Source of the DNA: a phage | Sequence record: PZ452598.1 | Length of the DNA stretch: 64,000 bases | Reading direction: 5' to 3' (one strand) | Shown: one piece after another, positions 24,219 to 35,118 of the stretch | Numbering within the stretch: position 1 is the stretch's first letter | Layout: each line of letters starts with the position of its first letter | Notes under the pieces: generated by a model | What the model was told of the DNA's origin: nothing | Seen by the model: the letters and a program-made list of their open reading frames with translations, nothing else | The model's database searches: none | Made by a program: the position numbers and the translations under genes

Positions 24219-25337
24219 ATGGAAAAATTTATGGCAGAGTTTGGACAAGGATATGTCCAAACGCCATTTTTATCGGAAAGTAATTCAGTAAGATATAAAA
24301 TAAGTATAGCGGGTTCTTGCCCGCTTTCTACAGCAGGACCATCATATGTTAAATTTCAGGATAATCCTGTAGGAAGTCAAACATTTAGCGCAGGCCTTCA
24401 TTTAAGAGTTTTTGACCCTTCCACCGGAGCATTAGTTGATAGTAAGTCATATGCTTTTTCGACTTCAAATGATACTACATCAGCTGCTTTTGTTAGTTTC
24501 ATGAATTCTTTGACGAATAATCGAATTGTTGCTATATTAACTAGTGGAAAGGTTAATTTTCCTCCTGAAGTAGTATCTTGGTTAAGAACCGCCGGAACGT
24601 CTGCCTTTCCATCTGATTCTATATTGTCAAGATTTGACGTATCATATGCTGCTTTTTATACTTCTTCTAAAAGAGCTATCGCATTAGAGCATGTTAAACT
24701 GAGTAATAGAAAAAGCACAGATGATTATCAAACTATTTTAGATGTTGTATTTGACAGTTTAGAAGATGTAGGAGCTACCGGGTTTCCAAGAAGAACGTAT
24801 GAAAGTGTTGAGCAATTCATGTCGGCAGTTGGTGGAACTAATAACGAAATTGCGAGATTGCCAACTTCAGCTGCTATAAGTAAATTATCTGATTATAATT
24901 TAATTCCTGGAGATGTTCTTTATCTTAAAGCTCAGTTATATGCTGATGCTGATTTACTTGCTCTTGGAACTACAAATATATCTATCCGTTTTTATAATGC
25001 ATCTAACGGATATATTTCTTCAACACAAGCTGAATTTACTGGGCAAGCTGGGTCATGGGAATTAAAGGAAGATTATGTAGTTGTTCCAGAAAACGCAGTA
25101 GGATTTACGATATACGCACAGAGAACTGCACAAGCTGGCCAAGGTGGCATGAGAAATTTAAGCTTTTCTGAAGTATCAAGAAATGGCGGCATTTCGAAAC
25201 CTGCTGAATTTGGCGTCAATGGTATTCGTGTTAATTATATCTGCGAATCCGCTTCACCTCCGGATATAATGGTACTTCCTACGCAAGCATCGTCTAAAAC
25301 TGGTAAAGTGTTTGGGCAAGAATTTAGAGAAGTTTAA
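24219..25337 (+). CDS. 35: gp35 long tail fibre hinge (372 aa)
   Basis: ORF track 372 aa. Confidence 0.9.
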   Translation: MEKFMAEFGQGYVQTPFLSESNSVRYKISIAGSCPLSTAGPSYVKFQDNPVGSQTFSAGLHLRVFDPSTGALVDSKSYAFSTSNDTTSAAFVSFMNSLTNNRIVAILTSGKVNFPPEVVSWLRTAGTSAFPSDSILSRFDVSYAAFYTSSKRAIALEHVKLSNRKSTDDYQTILDVVFDSLEDVGATGFPRRTYESVEQFMSAVGGTNNEIARLPTSAAISKLSDYNLIPGDVLYLKAQLYADADLLALGTTNISIRFYNASNGYISSTQAEFTGQAGSWELKEDYVVVPENAVGFTIYAQRTAQAGQGGMRNLSFSEVSRNGGISKPAEFGVNGIRVNYICESASPPDIMVLPTQASSKTGKVFGQEFREV

Positions 25338-25342
25338 ATTGA

Positions 25343-25368
25343 GGGAGCCTTCGGGTTCCCTTTTTCTT
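25343..25368 (+). terminator. hairpin with UUCG tetraloop followed by U-run
   Basis: GGGAGCC-UUCG-GGUUCCC then UUUUUCUUU, directly after gene 35 stop. Confidence 0.55.
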
Positions 25369-25376
25369 TATAAATA
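25369..25376 (+). promoter_or_regulatory. late promoter TATAAATA
   Basis: exact consensus 24 nt upstream of gene 36 ATG. Confidence 0.6.
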
Positions 25377-25399
25377 CTATTAAAATAAAGGGGCATACA

Positions 25400-26065
25400 A
25401 TGGCTGATTTAAAAGTAGGTTCAACAACTGGAGGCTCTGTCATTTGGCATCAAGGAAATTTTCCATTGAATCCAGCCGGTGACGATGTACTCTATAAATC
25501 ATTTAAAATATATTCAGAATATAACAAACCACAAGCTGCTGATAACGATTTCGTTTCTAAAGCTAATGGTGGTACTTATGCATCAAAGGTAACATTTAAC
25601 GCTGGCATTCAAGTCCCATATGCTCCAAACATCATGAGCCCATGCGGGATTTATGGGGGTAACGGTGATGGTGCTACTTTTGATAAAGCAAATATCGATA
25701 TTGTTTCATGGTATGGCGTAGGATTTAAATCGTCATTTGGTTCAACAGGCCGAACTGTTGTAATTAATACACGCAATGGTGATATTAACACAAAAGGTGT
25801 TGTGTCGGCAGCTGGTCAAGTAAGAAGTGGTGCGGCTGCTCCTATAGCAGCGAATGACCTTACTAGAAAGGACTATGTTGATGGAGCAATAAATACTGTT
25901 ACTGCAAATGCAAACTCTAGGGTGCTACGGTCTGGTGACACCATGACAGGTAATTTAACAGCGCCAAACTTTTTCTCGCAGAATCCTGCATCTCAACCCT
26001 CACACGTTCCACGATTTGACCAAATCGTAATTAAGGATTCTGTTCAAGATTTCGGCTATTATTAA
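25400..26065 (+). CDS. 36: gp36 long tail fibre distal connector (221 aa)
   Basis: ORF track 221 aa. Confidence 0.9.
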   Translation: MADLKVGSTTGGSVIWHQGNFPLNPAGDDVLYKSFKIYSEYNKPQAADNDFVSKANGGTYASKVTFNAGIQVPYAPNIMSPCGIYGGNGDGATFDKANIDIVSWYGVGFKSSFGSTGRTVVINTRNGDINTKGVVSAAGQVRSGAAAPIAANDLTRKDYVDGAINTVTANANSRVLRSGDTMTGNLTAPNFFSQNPASQPSHVPRFDQIVIKDSVQDFGYY

Positions 26066-26073
26066 GAGGACTT

Positions 26074-29000
26074 ATGGCTACTTTAAAACAAATACAATTT
26101 AAAAGAAGCAAAATCGCAGGAACACGTCCTGCTGCTTCAGTATTAGCCGAAGGTGAATTGGCTATAAACTTAAAAGATAGAACAATTTTTACTAAAGATG
26201 ATTCAGGAAATATCATCGATCTAGGTTTTGCTAAAGGCGGGCAAGTTGATGGCAACGTTACTATTAACGGACTTTTGAGATTAAATGGCGATTATGTACA
26301 AACAGGTGGAATGACTGTAAACGGACCCATTGGTTCTACTGATGGCGTCACTGCAAAAATTTTCAGATCTACACAGGGTTCATTTTATGCAAGAGCAACA
26401 AACGATACTTCAAATGCCCATTTATGGTTTGAAAATGCCGATGGCACTGAACGTGGCGTTATATATGCTCGCCCTCAAACTACAACTGACGGTGAAATAC
26501 GCCTTAGGGTTAGACAAGGAACAGGAAGCACTGCCAACAGTGAATTCTATTTCCGCTCTATAAATGGAGGCGAATTTCAGGCTAACCGTATTTTAGCATC
26601 AGATTCGTTAGTAACAAAACGCATTGCGGTTGATACCGTTATTCATGATGCCAAAGCATTTGGACAATATGATTCTCACTCTTTGGTTAATTATGTTTAT
26701 CCTGGAACCGGTGAAACAAATGGTGTAAACTATCTTCGTAAAGTTCGCGCTAAGTCCGGTGGTACAATTTATCATGAAATTGTTACTGCACAAACAGGCC
26801 TGGCTGATGAAGTTTCTTGGTGGTCTGGTGATACACCAGTATTTAAACTATACGGTATTCGTGACGATGGCAGAATGATTATCCGTAATAGCCTTGCATT
26901 AGGTACATTCACTACAAATTTCCCGTCTAGTGATTATGGCAACGTCGGTGTAATGGGCGATAAGTATCTTGTTCTCGGCGACACTGTAACTGGCTTGTCA
27001 TACAAAAAAACTGGTGTATTTGATCTAGTTGGCGGTGGATATTCTGTTGCTTCTATTACTCCTGACAGTTTCCGTAGTACTCGTAAAGGTATATTTGGTC
27101 GTTCTGAGGACCAAGGCGCAACTTGGATAATGCCTGGTACAAATGCTGCTCTCTTGTCTGTTCAAACACAAGCTGATAATAACAATGCTGGAGACGGACA
27201 AACCCATATCGGGTACAATGCTGGCGGTAAAATGAACCACTATTTCCGTGGTACAGGTCAGATGAATATCAATACCCAACAAGGTATGGAAATTAACCCG
27301 GGTATTTTGAAATTGGTAACTGGCTCTAATAATGTACAATTTTACGCTGACGGAACTATTTCTTCCATTCAACCTATTAAATTAGATAACGAGATATTTT
27401 TAACTAAATCTAATAATACTGCGGGTCTTAAATTTGGAGCTCCTAGCCAAGTTGATGGCACAAGGACTATCCAATGGAACGGTGGTACTCGCGAAGGACA
27501 GAATAAAAACTATGTGATTATTAAAGCATGGGGTAACTCATTTAATGCCACTGGTGATAGATCTCGCGAAACGGTTTTCCAAGTATCAGATAGTCAAGGA
27601 TATTATTTTTATGCTCATCGTAAAGCTCCAACCGGCGACGAAACTATTGGACGTATTGAAGCTCAATTTGCTGGGGATGTTTATGCTAAAGGTATTATTG
27701 CCAACGGAAATTTTAGAGTTGTTGGATCAAGCGCTTTAGCCGGCAATGTTACTATGTCTAACGGTTTGTTTGTCCAAGGTGGTTCTTCTATTACTGGACA
27801 AGTTAAAATTGGCGGAACAGCAAACGCACTGAGAATTTGGAACGCTGAATATGGTGCTATTTTCCGTCGTTCGGAAAGTAACTTTTATATTATTCCAACC
27901 AATCAAAATGAAGGAGAAAGTGGAGACATTCACAGCTCTTTGAGACCTGTGAGAATAGGATTAAACGATGGCATGGTTGGGTTAGGAAGAGATTCTTTTA
28001 TAGTAGATCAAAATAATGCTTTAACTACGATAAACAGTAACTCTCGCATTAATGCCAACTTTAGAATGCAATTGGGGCAGTCGGCATACATTGATGCAGA
28101 ATGTACTGATGCTGTTCGCCCGGCGGGTGCAGGTTCATTTGCTTCCCAGAATAATGAAGACGTCCGTGCGCCGTTCTATATGAATATTGATAGAACTGAT
28201 GCTAGTGCATATGTTCCTATTTTGAAACAACGTTATGTTCAAGGCAATGGCTGCTATTCATTAGGGACTTTAATTAATAATGGTAATTTCCGAGTTCATT
28301 ACCATGGCGGCGGAGATAACGGTTCTACAGGTCCACAGACTGCTGATTTTGGATGGGAATTTATTAAAAACGGTGATTTTATTTCACCTCGCGATTTAAT
28401 AGCAGGCAAAGTCAGATTTGATAGAACTGGTAATATCACTGGTGGTTCTGGTAATTTTGCTAACTTAAACAGTACAATTGAATCACTTAAAACTGATATC
28501 ATGTCGAGTTACCCAATTGGTGCTCCGATTCCTTGGCCGAGTGATTCAGTTCCTGCTGGATTTGCTTTGATGGAAGGTCAGACCTTTGATAAGTCCGCAT
28601 ATCCAAAGTTAGCTGTTGCATATCCTAGCGGTGTTATTCCAGATATGCGCGGGCAAACTATCAAGGGTAAACCAAGTGGTCGTGCTGTTTTGAGCGCTGA
28701 GGCAGATGGTGTTAAGGCTCATAGCCATAGTGCATCGGCTTCAAGTACTGACTTAGGTACTAAAACCACATCAAGCTTTGACTATGGTACGAAGGGAACT
28801 AACAGTACGGGTGGACACACTCACTCTGGTAGTGGTTCTACTAGCACAAATGGTGAGCACAGCCACTACATCGAGGCATGGAATGGTACTGGTGTAGGTG
28901 GTAATAAGATGTCATCATATGCCATATCATACAGGGCGGGTGGGAGTAACACTAATGCAGCAGGGAACCACAGTCACACTTTCTCTTTTGGGACTAGCAG

Positions 29001-29154
29001 TGCTGGCGACCATTCCCACTCTGTAGGTATTGGTGCTCATACCCACACGGTAGCAATTGGATCACATGGTCATACTATCACTGTAAATAGTACAGGTAAT
29101 ACAGAAAACACGGTTAAAAACATTGCTTTTAACTATATCGTTCGTTTAGCATAA
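26074..29154 (+). CDS. 37: gp37 long tail fibre distal subunit / receptor-binding tip (1026 aa)
   Basis: ORF track 1026 aa; C-terminal His-rich HxH repeats. Confidence 0.95.
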   Translation: MATLKQIQFKRSKIAGTRPAASVLAEGELAINLKDRTIFTKDDSGNIIDLGFAKGGQVDGNVTINGLLRLNGDYVQTGGMTVNGPIGSTDGVTAKIFRSTQGSFYARATNDTSNAHLWFENADGTERGVIYARPQTTTDGEIRLRVRQGTGSTANSEFYFRSINGGEFQANRILASDSLVTKRIAVDTVIHDAKAFGQYDSHSLVNYVYPGTGETNGVNYLRKVRAKSGGTIYHEIVTAQTGLADEVSWWSGDTPVFKLYGIRDDGRMIIRNSLALGTFTTNFPSSDYGNVGVMGDKYLVLGDTVTGLSYKKTGVFDLVGGGYSVASITPDSFRSTRKGIFGRSEDQGATWIMPGTNAALLSVQTQADNNNAGDGQTHIGYNAGGKMNHYFRGTGQMNINTQQGMEINPGILKLVTGSNNVQFYADGTISSIQPIKLDNEIFLTKSNNTAGLKFGAPSQVDGTRTIQWNGGTREGQNKNYVIIKAWGNSFNATGDRSRETVFQVSDSQGYYFYAHRKAPTGDETIGRIEAQFAGDVYAKGIIANGNFRVVGSSALAGNVTMSNGLFVQGGSSITGQVKIGGTANALRIWNAEYGAIFRRSESNFYIIPTNQNEGESGDIHSSLRPVRIGLNDGMVGLGRDSFIVDQNNALTTINSNSRINANFRMQLGQSAYIDAECTDAVRPAGAGSFASQNNEDVRAPFYMNIDRTDASAYVPILKQRYVQGNGCYSLGTLINNGNFRVHYHGGGDNGSTGPQTADFGWEFIKNGDFISPRDLIAGKVRFDRTGNITGGSGNFANLNSTIESLKTDIMSSYPIGAPIPWPSDSVPAGFALMEGQTFDKSAYPKLAVAYPSGVIPDMRGQTIKGKPSGRAVLSAEADGVKAHSHSASASSTDLGTKTTSSFDYGTKGTNSTGGHTHSGSGSTSTNGEHSHYIEAWNGTGVGGNKMSSYAISYRAGGSNTNAAGNHSHTFSFGTSSAGDHSHSVGIGAHTHTVAIGSHGHTITVNSTGNTENTVKNIAFNYIVRLA

Positions 29155-29156
29155 GG

Positions 29157-29177
29157 AGAGGGGCTTCGGCCCCTTCT
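29157..29177 (+). promoter_or_regulatory. stable hairpin with UUCG loop between a Shine-Dalgarno sequence and the gene 38 start codon
   Basis: GGAG at 29155..29158, hairpin GAGGGGC-UUCG-GCCCCUUC, ATG at 29182; no U-run so not a canonical terminator. Confidence 0.5.
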
Positions 29178-29181
29178 AAAT

Positions 29182-29733
29182 ATGAAAATATATCATTATT
29201 ATTTTGACACTAAAGAATTTTACAAAGAAGAAAATTACAAACCGGTTAAAGGCCTCGGTCTTCCTGCTCATTCAACAATTAAAAAACCTTTAGAACCTAA
29301 AGAAGGATACGCGGTTGTATTTGATGAACGTACTCAGGATTGGATTTATGAAGAAGACCATCGCGGAAAACGCGCATGGACTTTTAATAAAGAAGAAATT
29401 TTTATAAGTGACATTGGAAGCCCGGTTGGTATAACTTTCGATGAGCCCGGCGAATTTGATATATGGACTGATGACGGTTGGAAAGAAGACGAAACATATA
29501 AGCGAGTTTTAATTCGTAATAGAAAAATTGAAGAATTATATAAAGAGTTCCAAGTTTTAAATAATATGATTGAAGCTTCTGTCGCCAATAAAAAGGAAAA
29601 ATTCTATTATAAAAACCTTAAGCGGTTCTTTGCTCTTTTAGAAAAGCATGAGCATTTAGGTGGTGAATTCCCTTCATGGCCTGAAAAAGAACAGAAGCCT
29701 TGGTATAAGCGTTTATTCAAGCATTACGTATAA
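29182..29733 (+). CDS. 38: gp38 tail fibre assembly chaperone (183 aa)
   Basis: ORF track 183 aa. Confidence 0.9.
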   Translation: MKIYHYYFDTKEFYKEENYKPVKGLGLPAHSTIKKPLEPKEGYAVVFDERTQDWIYEEDHRGKRAWTFNKEEIFISDIGSPVGITFDEPGEFDIWTDDGWKEDETYKRVLIRNRKIEELYKEFQVLNNMIEASVANKKEKFYYKNLKRFFALLEKHEHLGGEFPSWPEKEQKPWYKRLFKHYV

Positions 29734-29753
29734 ATATCTTAAAAGGAGGGTCT

Positions 29754-30410
29754 ATGGCAGCACCTAGAATATCATTTTCGCCCTCTGATATTCTATTTGG
29801 TGTTCTAGATCGCTTGTTCAAAGATAACGCTACCGGGAAGGTTCTTGCTTCCCGGGTAGCTGTCGTAATTCTTTTGTTTATAATGGCGATTGTTTGGTAT
29901 AGGGGAGATAGTTTCTTTGAGTACTATAAGCAATCAAAGTATGAAACATACAGTGAAATTATTGAAAAGGAAAGAACTGCACGCTTTGAATCTGTCGCCC
30001 TGGAACAACTCCAGATAGTTCATATATCATCTGAGGCAGACTTTAGTGCGGTGTATTCTTTCCGCCCTAAAAACTTAAACTATTTTGTTGATATTATAGC
30101 ATACGAAGGAAAATTACCTTCAACAATAAGTGAAAAATCACTTGGAGGATATCCTGTTGATAAAACTATGGATGAATATACAGTTCATTTAAATGGACGT
30201 CATTATTATTCCAACTCAAAATTTGCTTTTTTACCAACTAAAAAGCCTACTCCCGAAATAAACTACATGTACAGTTGTCCATATTTTAATTTGGATAATA
30301 TCTATGCTGGAACGATAACCATGTACTGGTATAGAAATGATCATATAAGTAATGACCGCCTTGAATCAATATGTGCTCAGGCGGCCAGAATATTAGGAAG
30401 GGCTAAATAA
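29754..30410 (+). CDS. t: holin (218 aa)
   Basis: ORF track 218 aa; N-terminal transmembrane segment; T4 T length. Confidence 0.9.
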   Translation: MAAPRISFSPSDILFGVLDRLFKDNATGKVLASRVAVVILLFIMAIVWYRGDSFFEYYKQSKYETYSEIIEKERTARFESVALEQLQIVHISSEADFSAVYSFRPKNLNYFVDIIAYEGKLPSTISEKSLGGYPVDKTMDEYTVHLNGRHYYSNSKFAFLPTKKPTPEINYMYSCPYFNLDNIYAGTITMYWYRNDHISNDRLESICAQAARILGRAK

Positions 30411-30683
30411 TTATTTGTTCGTATACATCTCTAGATATCGATATACACCCTCAAAACCCTCGTTGAATTCGTCGATGAGGGTTTTCTTATCTTCTTGAGT
30501 TAATTCAGAAACAATTTTACGGAATGAATTTTGATTTAACTTTCTACCTTCATGCGTTACTCCAATCTCATTTAGAAATGCAATAAAATTAGCACGATTC
30601 TCAACAATATCTTCTCTGGAAAATTTAATCAAAATAGATGCAACAGTAATAATTTCACGAACTGTATCAATGTTTTTATTCAT
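30411..30683 (-). CDS. asiA: AsiA anti-sigma70 factor (90 aa)
   Basis: ORF track 90 aa; sequence recognised as T4 AsiA. Confidence 0.92.
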   Translation of the reverse strand: MNKNIDTVREIITVASILIKFSREDIVENRANFIAFLNEIGVTHEGRKLNQNSFRKIVSELTQEDKKTLIDEFNEGFEGVYRYLEMYTNK

Positions 30684-30695
30684 TAACTATACCAC

Positions 30696-30848
30696 TCAAT
30701 TAGTTGACTTTGTTATAATATCATCAGACGCTTGATTTGTAAACTGGTCTGTGTAATTTTCTTCAAAAATTTTTTCTACGAATTCCTTGAACGATTCACG
30801 TTCCTGAGCTACATTATGCTCGATTACCTTTTCAAGATTATGACTCAT
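30696..30848 (-). CDS. small hypothetical protein (50 aa, asiA.1 position)
   Basis: hand-translated; ATG overlaps arn stop (ATGA); below ORF-track size cutoff. Confidence 0.4.
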   Translation of the reverse strand: MSHNLEKVIEHNVAQERESFKEFVEKIFEENYTDQFTNQASDDIITKSTN

Positions 30849-31123
30849 TCGAAATAATCTTCAATTTCATAATCATGGACATAAATCATTATAGTTTTTA
30901 ATACATCATCAATATTTTTTCCTGGAGCTGGAATTACGTAAAAATACCCTGCTTTTGAGAGGTCTTTATAAGTTCCAATCAAGAAATCATTATTCTCAAG
31001 ATGTAACTCTTCAACTAATTCATTGACAATTGAATGGTATAGGTTTGGCAGAAACTTATATAGCTTTTCTAGAATATCAATTTTGAATGTATATTGAACC
31101 ACGGACTGAGAATCAATAATCAT
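30845..31123 (-). CDS. arn: Arn anti-restriction nuclease (92 aa)
   Basis: ORF track 92 aa; size and position match T4 arn. Confidence 0.8.
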   Translation of the reverse strand: MIIDSQSVVQYTFKIDILEKLYKFLPNLYHSIVNELVEELHLENNDFLIGTYKDLSKAGYFYVIPAPGKNIDDVLKTIMIYVHDYEIEDYFE

Positions 31124-31206
31124 AGACCTTCCCCTTATGTTTCTGTTTGCGATTAGATTCTTTAAACGCTTTCTTCTTATCCTTATGAACAGAAGCTTTA
31201 TTAAAA

Positions 31207-31425
31207 TTATGCTTTGCGACTAAATTGTTCATAGTGCTGAATTACCTCTCTTAAACATTTGCATGTGAATGAAAACTTTTTAGCTACACCACATTCAAAT
31301 ATATGTTCTCTTAAATCGCGTGTATCGGTATATCCCATCTCAACAATAAAATGCCGTATTAGATTTTTATCTTTATCGTTTAGAGAATTAAAATAATCAG
31401 ATTTTGAATTAATTTCCCTGGCCAA
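31207..31425 (-). CDS. hypothetical protein
   Basis: ORF track 72 aa. Confidence 0.5.
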   Translation of the reverse strand: MAREINSKSDYFNSLNDKDKNLIRHFIVEMGYTDTRDLREHIFECGVAKKFSFTCKCLREVIQHYEQFSRKA

Positions 31426-31705
31426 ATTGAATCACCTTCAGTTGACGTTTTAACTCTTTTATCATCTCTTCGTTCATCGCAATATAAAGATCGCGTAGAG
31501 CAGGTTTTAGCATTCCATTTACTGGAGAACTAAATGGACATACATAATCTTTTCCTACGAGCTTTTTAGTGAATTCCATATCACAGAACTGAAATCCCGG
31601 CTCATTGGTATAAATTCCCCAATTAGTTGACATCATTTTATTGGCATATTCCAGTGCCTGGATTTGATTCATAATTCCATCAATTTGAAACTTTTTAATA
31701 TTCAT
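31409..31705 (-). CDS. hypothetical protein
   Basis: ORF track 98 aa. Confidence 0.5.
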   Translation of the reverse strand: MNIKKFQIDGIMNQIQALEYANKMMSTNWGIYTNEPGFQFCDMEFTKKLVGKDYVCPFSSPVNGMLKPALRDLYIAMNEEMIKELKRQLKVIQFGQGN

Positions 31706-32163
31706 TAGTAAAGGTCCTCAGAGTAAAGTTCTTTTTCACTACCACGTTCAATACTTACTTGTCCAGCGTAAGTTGCAATAATCATTGCTTCTTCACGTGT
31801 CCAATAATTACTATATTGGTCAATAAACCCTTGGTCATCATCACAAACTTGCTGAGTAACTAATTGAGGTTTAACTACATCTAAAACTTCTGCCATATCT
31901 TTAGAATAATGACGAGCACCTGGAATAATAAGAGTTCGTCCATCTTTTAATTTAAAACGGTTGGCTGCGCAAACAATTCGTCGTTGATACTTTTGGTTTT
32001 CATCCCAGTACGCAGTCTGCCAACAGATTTCAGGAACTTCTTTCAGAATATCTTCTTCTGTGCATTTATAACCATGCGCTTTAAATTTTTCAACAAGACT
32101 TTCTGGAGTTTCACGAGATAAAGGAACATTCAGCATTTTTAAACGATTGATAAATGGGTTCAT
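31705..32163 (-). CDS. hypothetical protein
   Basis: ORF track 152 aa. Confidence 0.5.
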
Positions 32164-32489
32164 TTAAACCATCCTTTAATACGCTGCCACAAAGTTTTCT
32201 GTTGAGCTTTGTTGACGCCAATTGAGCGAATAACCGGTTGAGATTCCTGGAATTCTTTATAATCAGCAAGGTAAATTTCGTAAGCTGCATCCGTAAATGA
32301 ACTTATCGCTGCCATAAAATTATTGCGAATACCTACTGGAGCATCTTTACTTTCACGAATAATCATGTATTTACCAGTCTTAATCTTTACGATAGTTCCA
32401 AGATAAGCTCCATGGTACCAAATATCCCAACCCTCTTGAGTAGGTTCTGCGCAACGACGAAGTTCATTGACAATTTCTAACTTGTTCAT
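32160..32489 (-). CDS. hypothetical protein
   Basis: ORF track 109 aa. Confidence 0.5.
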
Positions 32490-32499
32490 TATTTATTCC

Positions 32500-33135
32500 T
32501 CACAGTTCAGATGCTACAGTGATTACAGCTTCAATGTTTTCTGCCGAGCGTTTAATGTCAAGATACACATTACCGTTTTTAGCGATTTTACATGACATTC
32601 CGATGTCAGTAAATTTCTGAATATGATGTTCCATCATTTTGTATCCAAAAATTCGCATATTTCCATTGTTATTAATTTCAAAATTACGAATTCCGTTAGT
32701 GCGTTTTTCTAAAATAGCAAGATAATTACTACGATAAATTTCAACCTTTTTAAGAACAAATCCATTTTTATCTAAAAGTTTTAACATGAGGTCTTTATCT
32801 TCTTCCATATCGGAAGTAATCTCGCGAGCTTTACGAGTTGCTCGTTTTTTCAGCAGTTCCGGAGCATTTTCCTGTGCATATAAAGTTGCTGCATTTGAAA
32901 TAATATCCTGAGCTTCACCAGTAATGATTAATCCATCACCAGATTTCTCCACCAGGCCTTTTTTAATCAATACCCCAATATTACTATTAACTACTGCGTT
33001 ACCTAAATCTGGATGCACCTCACGAACTTCTGCAGCTGTAATGAAATCTTTCTTAGCAATGGTAATTAAAATCGTAGCAGTTTTTTCATTCAGAACATCG
33101 TTAGAAGCTTTGATGATGTAAGTTACTTTAGACAT
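32500..33135 (-). CDS. motA: MotA middle-transcription activator (211 aa)
   Basis: ORF track 211 aa; recognised as T4 MotA. Confidence 0.93.
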   Translation of the reverse strand: MSKVTYIIKASNDVLNEKTATILITIAKKDFITAAEVREVHPDLGNAVVNSNIGVLIKKGLVEKSGDGLIITGEAQDIISNAATLYAQENAPELLKKRATRKAREITSDMEEDKDLMLKLLDKNGFVLKKVEIYRSNYLAILEKRTNGIRNFEINNNGNMRIFGYKMMEHHIQKFTDIGMSCKIAKNGNVYLDIKRSAENIEAVITVASEL

Positions 33136-33176
33136 TTTCTAATCTCCGTAATTCTGTATCAGTAGTTGATAGTTGT

Positions 33177-33206
33177 ATAGTACCACAGTATGCTTTGGTT
33201 GTAAAC
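33177..33206 (-). promoter_or_regulatory. early promoter-like element upstream of motA
   Basis: member of repeated promoter-leader cassette. Confidence 0.5.
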
Positions 33207-33237
33207 CGTTTTGTGAAAAAATTTTTAAAATAAAAAA

Positions 33238-33257
33238 GGGAGAGCCTCGGCTCTCCC
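33238..33257 (-). terminator. rho-independent terminator
   Basis: hairpin GGGAGAGCC-GAGG-CUCUCCC then UUUUUUAUUUU on minus strand. Confidence 0.55.
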
Positions 33258-33262
33258 TAAAA

Positions 33263-33412
33263 TTACTGCATGACTGTGATAACTGTCATGATAACACGTT
33301 GAATTCCGAACGCAAGAAGACCTCCTGCTACGGCTGGAACAACGCCTAAACCCGCCAGTAAAATGCTACCAGATACTAATGCAGCGCTTGTAATACCAAT
33401 GAATGGACTCAT
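33263..33412 (-). CDS. small hydrophobic protein (49 aa)
   Basis: hand-translated MSPFIGITSAALVSGSILLAG...; ATG overlaps gene 52 stop. Confidence 0.4.
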   Translation of the reverse strand: MSPFIGITSAALVSGSILLAGLGVVPAVAGGLLAFGIQRVIMTVITVMQ

Positions 33413-34737
33413 TTGATTTCCTCTAAATCTTTGGTGTATTCAGTAACTACATCAGTAGTTTTCCAATATTCGTTTTCTTCTTTTTTAGCTTTAGCTTCTT
33501 CAGCAAGTTTCTTTGCTTCATCGGAAGTCATATGAAAAATATTCATTCCAACTAGTTTATCAACATAAGAAGAATACATATCGATTTTCGAAAGTTCTTC
33601 GGTCAGTTCTTTACGAGTTTTACCCTGTACAACAATTTCACCTGAAATTACTTTCTTAATGAAATGTGCTTTGGCAAAGGCTAAACGAAAAGCTGACTCA
33701 GTTTCTTTAATTTTGTTATCAATTCGTTTTTGGACATAAGTTTTACGAACTTCAACAAAGTCTTTAATTAAATCAACTACGTTATCGTAAACTTGCAGCT
33801 TTCCTTTCTCATTAATAACCGTAATATTCTGGGAACGACGCTCAATCAGTCCGAAGTCTTTCATAATTTTTGCATGGCGTTCTTCTTCGTTATCGCTCAA
33901 AGAATATTCTTTGCGGAATTTAACTTTGAAGCCAAAACCATGCTCACCACAAGCATCATCCCATGTAATGAAGCCTTTATCTTCAAGTGGGTCTAAGATT
34001 TTACTCACATAAGTTTCACGATCATACTTATACGGAATCTCAGTGATATGCATTTGAGTTCGTGAAGTAAACTTATATGTTCCACGAATTTCATATTGCC
34101 CATCAATTTCAACGACTTCACCACGAAATTCTGGGAATTCTACTTTCGGTTTAGTTACTTTCTTTCCTTGAAGAGCTTGCAGTACAGCTTTCTTGACAGA
34201 AGAAACACTATGAGGAAGAATGTAAGTTGCATAACCAGTTGCAATACCGGAAACGCCATTAAGAAGAACAGTAGGAATAATAGGCAAATAGAAAGCAGGC
34301 GGAATGTGTTCTTTATCTTGATGTACCGGAGCATATTCAGTATCTTTATATACGTTATAGAAATTTTTACTTACACGAGCAAAAATATAACGACTTGCCG
34401 CTGCCTTTTGGACAGTACGAGAACCAAAGTTTCCTTGACCATCTAACAGAGGAAAGTTATTATTCCAAGTATTAGCCATCAAAGCACCTGCGTCTTGTGC
34501 AGAGTTTTCACCATGATGATATCCAAGGTCCGCTACACCACCTGCAATAGAAGCGAGTTTGTGAAACTTATCTTTATTTCCTCGTGCCAAATCAAGAGCT
34601 CGAGCAATAACAAATCGTTGAACTGGCTTAAATCCATCAATCATATTTGGGATAGCACGATTTTCAACCGTGTACATAGCATAAGCCAATGCTTCATTAT
34701 CAATGATACTTTTTAAATCGCGATTATTCAGTTGCAT
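33409..34737 (-). CDS. 52: gp52 DNA topoisomerase II medium subunit (442 aa)
   Basis: ORF track 442 aa; GyrA-like breakage-reunion domain. Confidence 0.93.
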   Translation of the reverse strand: MQLNNRDLKSIIDNEALAYAMYTVENRAIPNMIDGFKPVQRFVIARALDLARGNKDKFHKLASIAGGVADLGYHHGENSAQDAGALMANTWNNNFPLLDGQGNFGSRTVQKAAASRYIFARVSKNFYNVYKDTEYAPVHQDKEHIPPAFYLPIIPTVLLNGVSGIATGYATYILPHSVSSVKKAVLQALQGKKVTKPKVEFPEFRGEVVEIDGQYEIRGTYKFTSRTQMHITEIPYKYDRETYVSKILDPLEDKGFITWDDACGEHGFGFKVKFRKEYSLSDNEEERHAKIMKDFGLIERRSQNITVINEKGKLQVYDNVVDLIKDFVEVRKTYVQKRIDNKIKETESAFRLAFAKAHFIKKVISGEIVVQGKTRKELTEELSKIDMYSSYVDKLVGMNIFHMTSDEAKKLAEEAKAKKEENEYWKTTDVVTEYTKDLEEIK

Positions 34738-34741
34738 AAAT

Positions 34742-34882
34742 TTACCATACTAGTGAATGTAGTGCCATAATAACATCAGAAATGAAAAGCACGACTTGAA
34801 TTAATCCGAACATTACTCCGTAATATAGTGCTACCAATAAAGCAGCAAGGGCTAATGAATAGCCCAAGATTTTCTTAATCAT
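34742..34882 (-). CDS. small hydrophobic protein (46 aa, 52.1 position)
   Basis: hand-translated; start overlaps upstream stop. Confidence 0.4.
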   Translation of the reverse strand: MIKKILGYSLALAALLVALYYGVMFGLIQVVLFISDVIMALHSLVW

Positions 34883-35030
34883 TAGATAACAACACAAATG
34901 TTAAATATGCACACATACCCTGGGCTAAAGCTTGTGAAAACACACTGCTAGCATCGATACAGATAGTTAAAACACATGCTACTATCCAACAAATAAATGA
35001 AATAACTCCTAATAATTTTGCAATATTCAT
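34875..35030 (-). CDS. ac: small membrane protein (51 aa), acridine-resistance locus position
   Basis: hand-translated MNIAKLLGVISFICWIVACVL...; size matches T4 ac. Confidence 0.5.
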   Translation of the reverse strand: MNIAKLLGVISFICWIVACVLTICIDASSVFSQALAQGMCAYLTFVLLSND

Positions 35031-35037
35031 ATTTTCC

Positions 35038-35118
35038 TCACTGGCGTCCGAAGACGCCTTTAGTTTTAAGATTGTTACGATAGAACTGCATCACGTGTTC
35101 GTTATGGAAATTACTCAT
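35038..35118 (-). CDS. stp: Stp peptide (26 aa)
   Basis: hand-translated [26 protein letters not shown], which I recognise as T4 Stp; ATG overlaps ndd stop. Confidence 0.75.

Noticed and set aside
21757-28502. Minus-strand and alternate-frame ORFs inside tail-fibre genes (21757..21999, 23022..23318, 26330..26563, 26608..26793, 27025..27372, 27545..27933, 28299..28502)
   Set aside because: Embedded in the 34 and 37 reading frames; the fibre genes are continuous with expected lengths.
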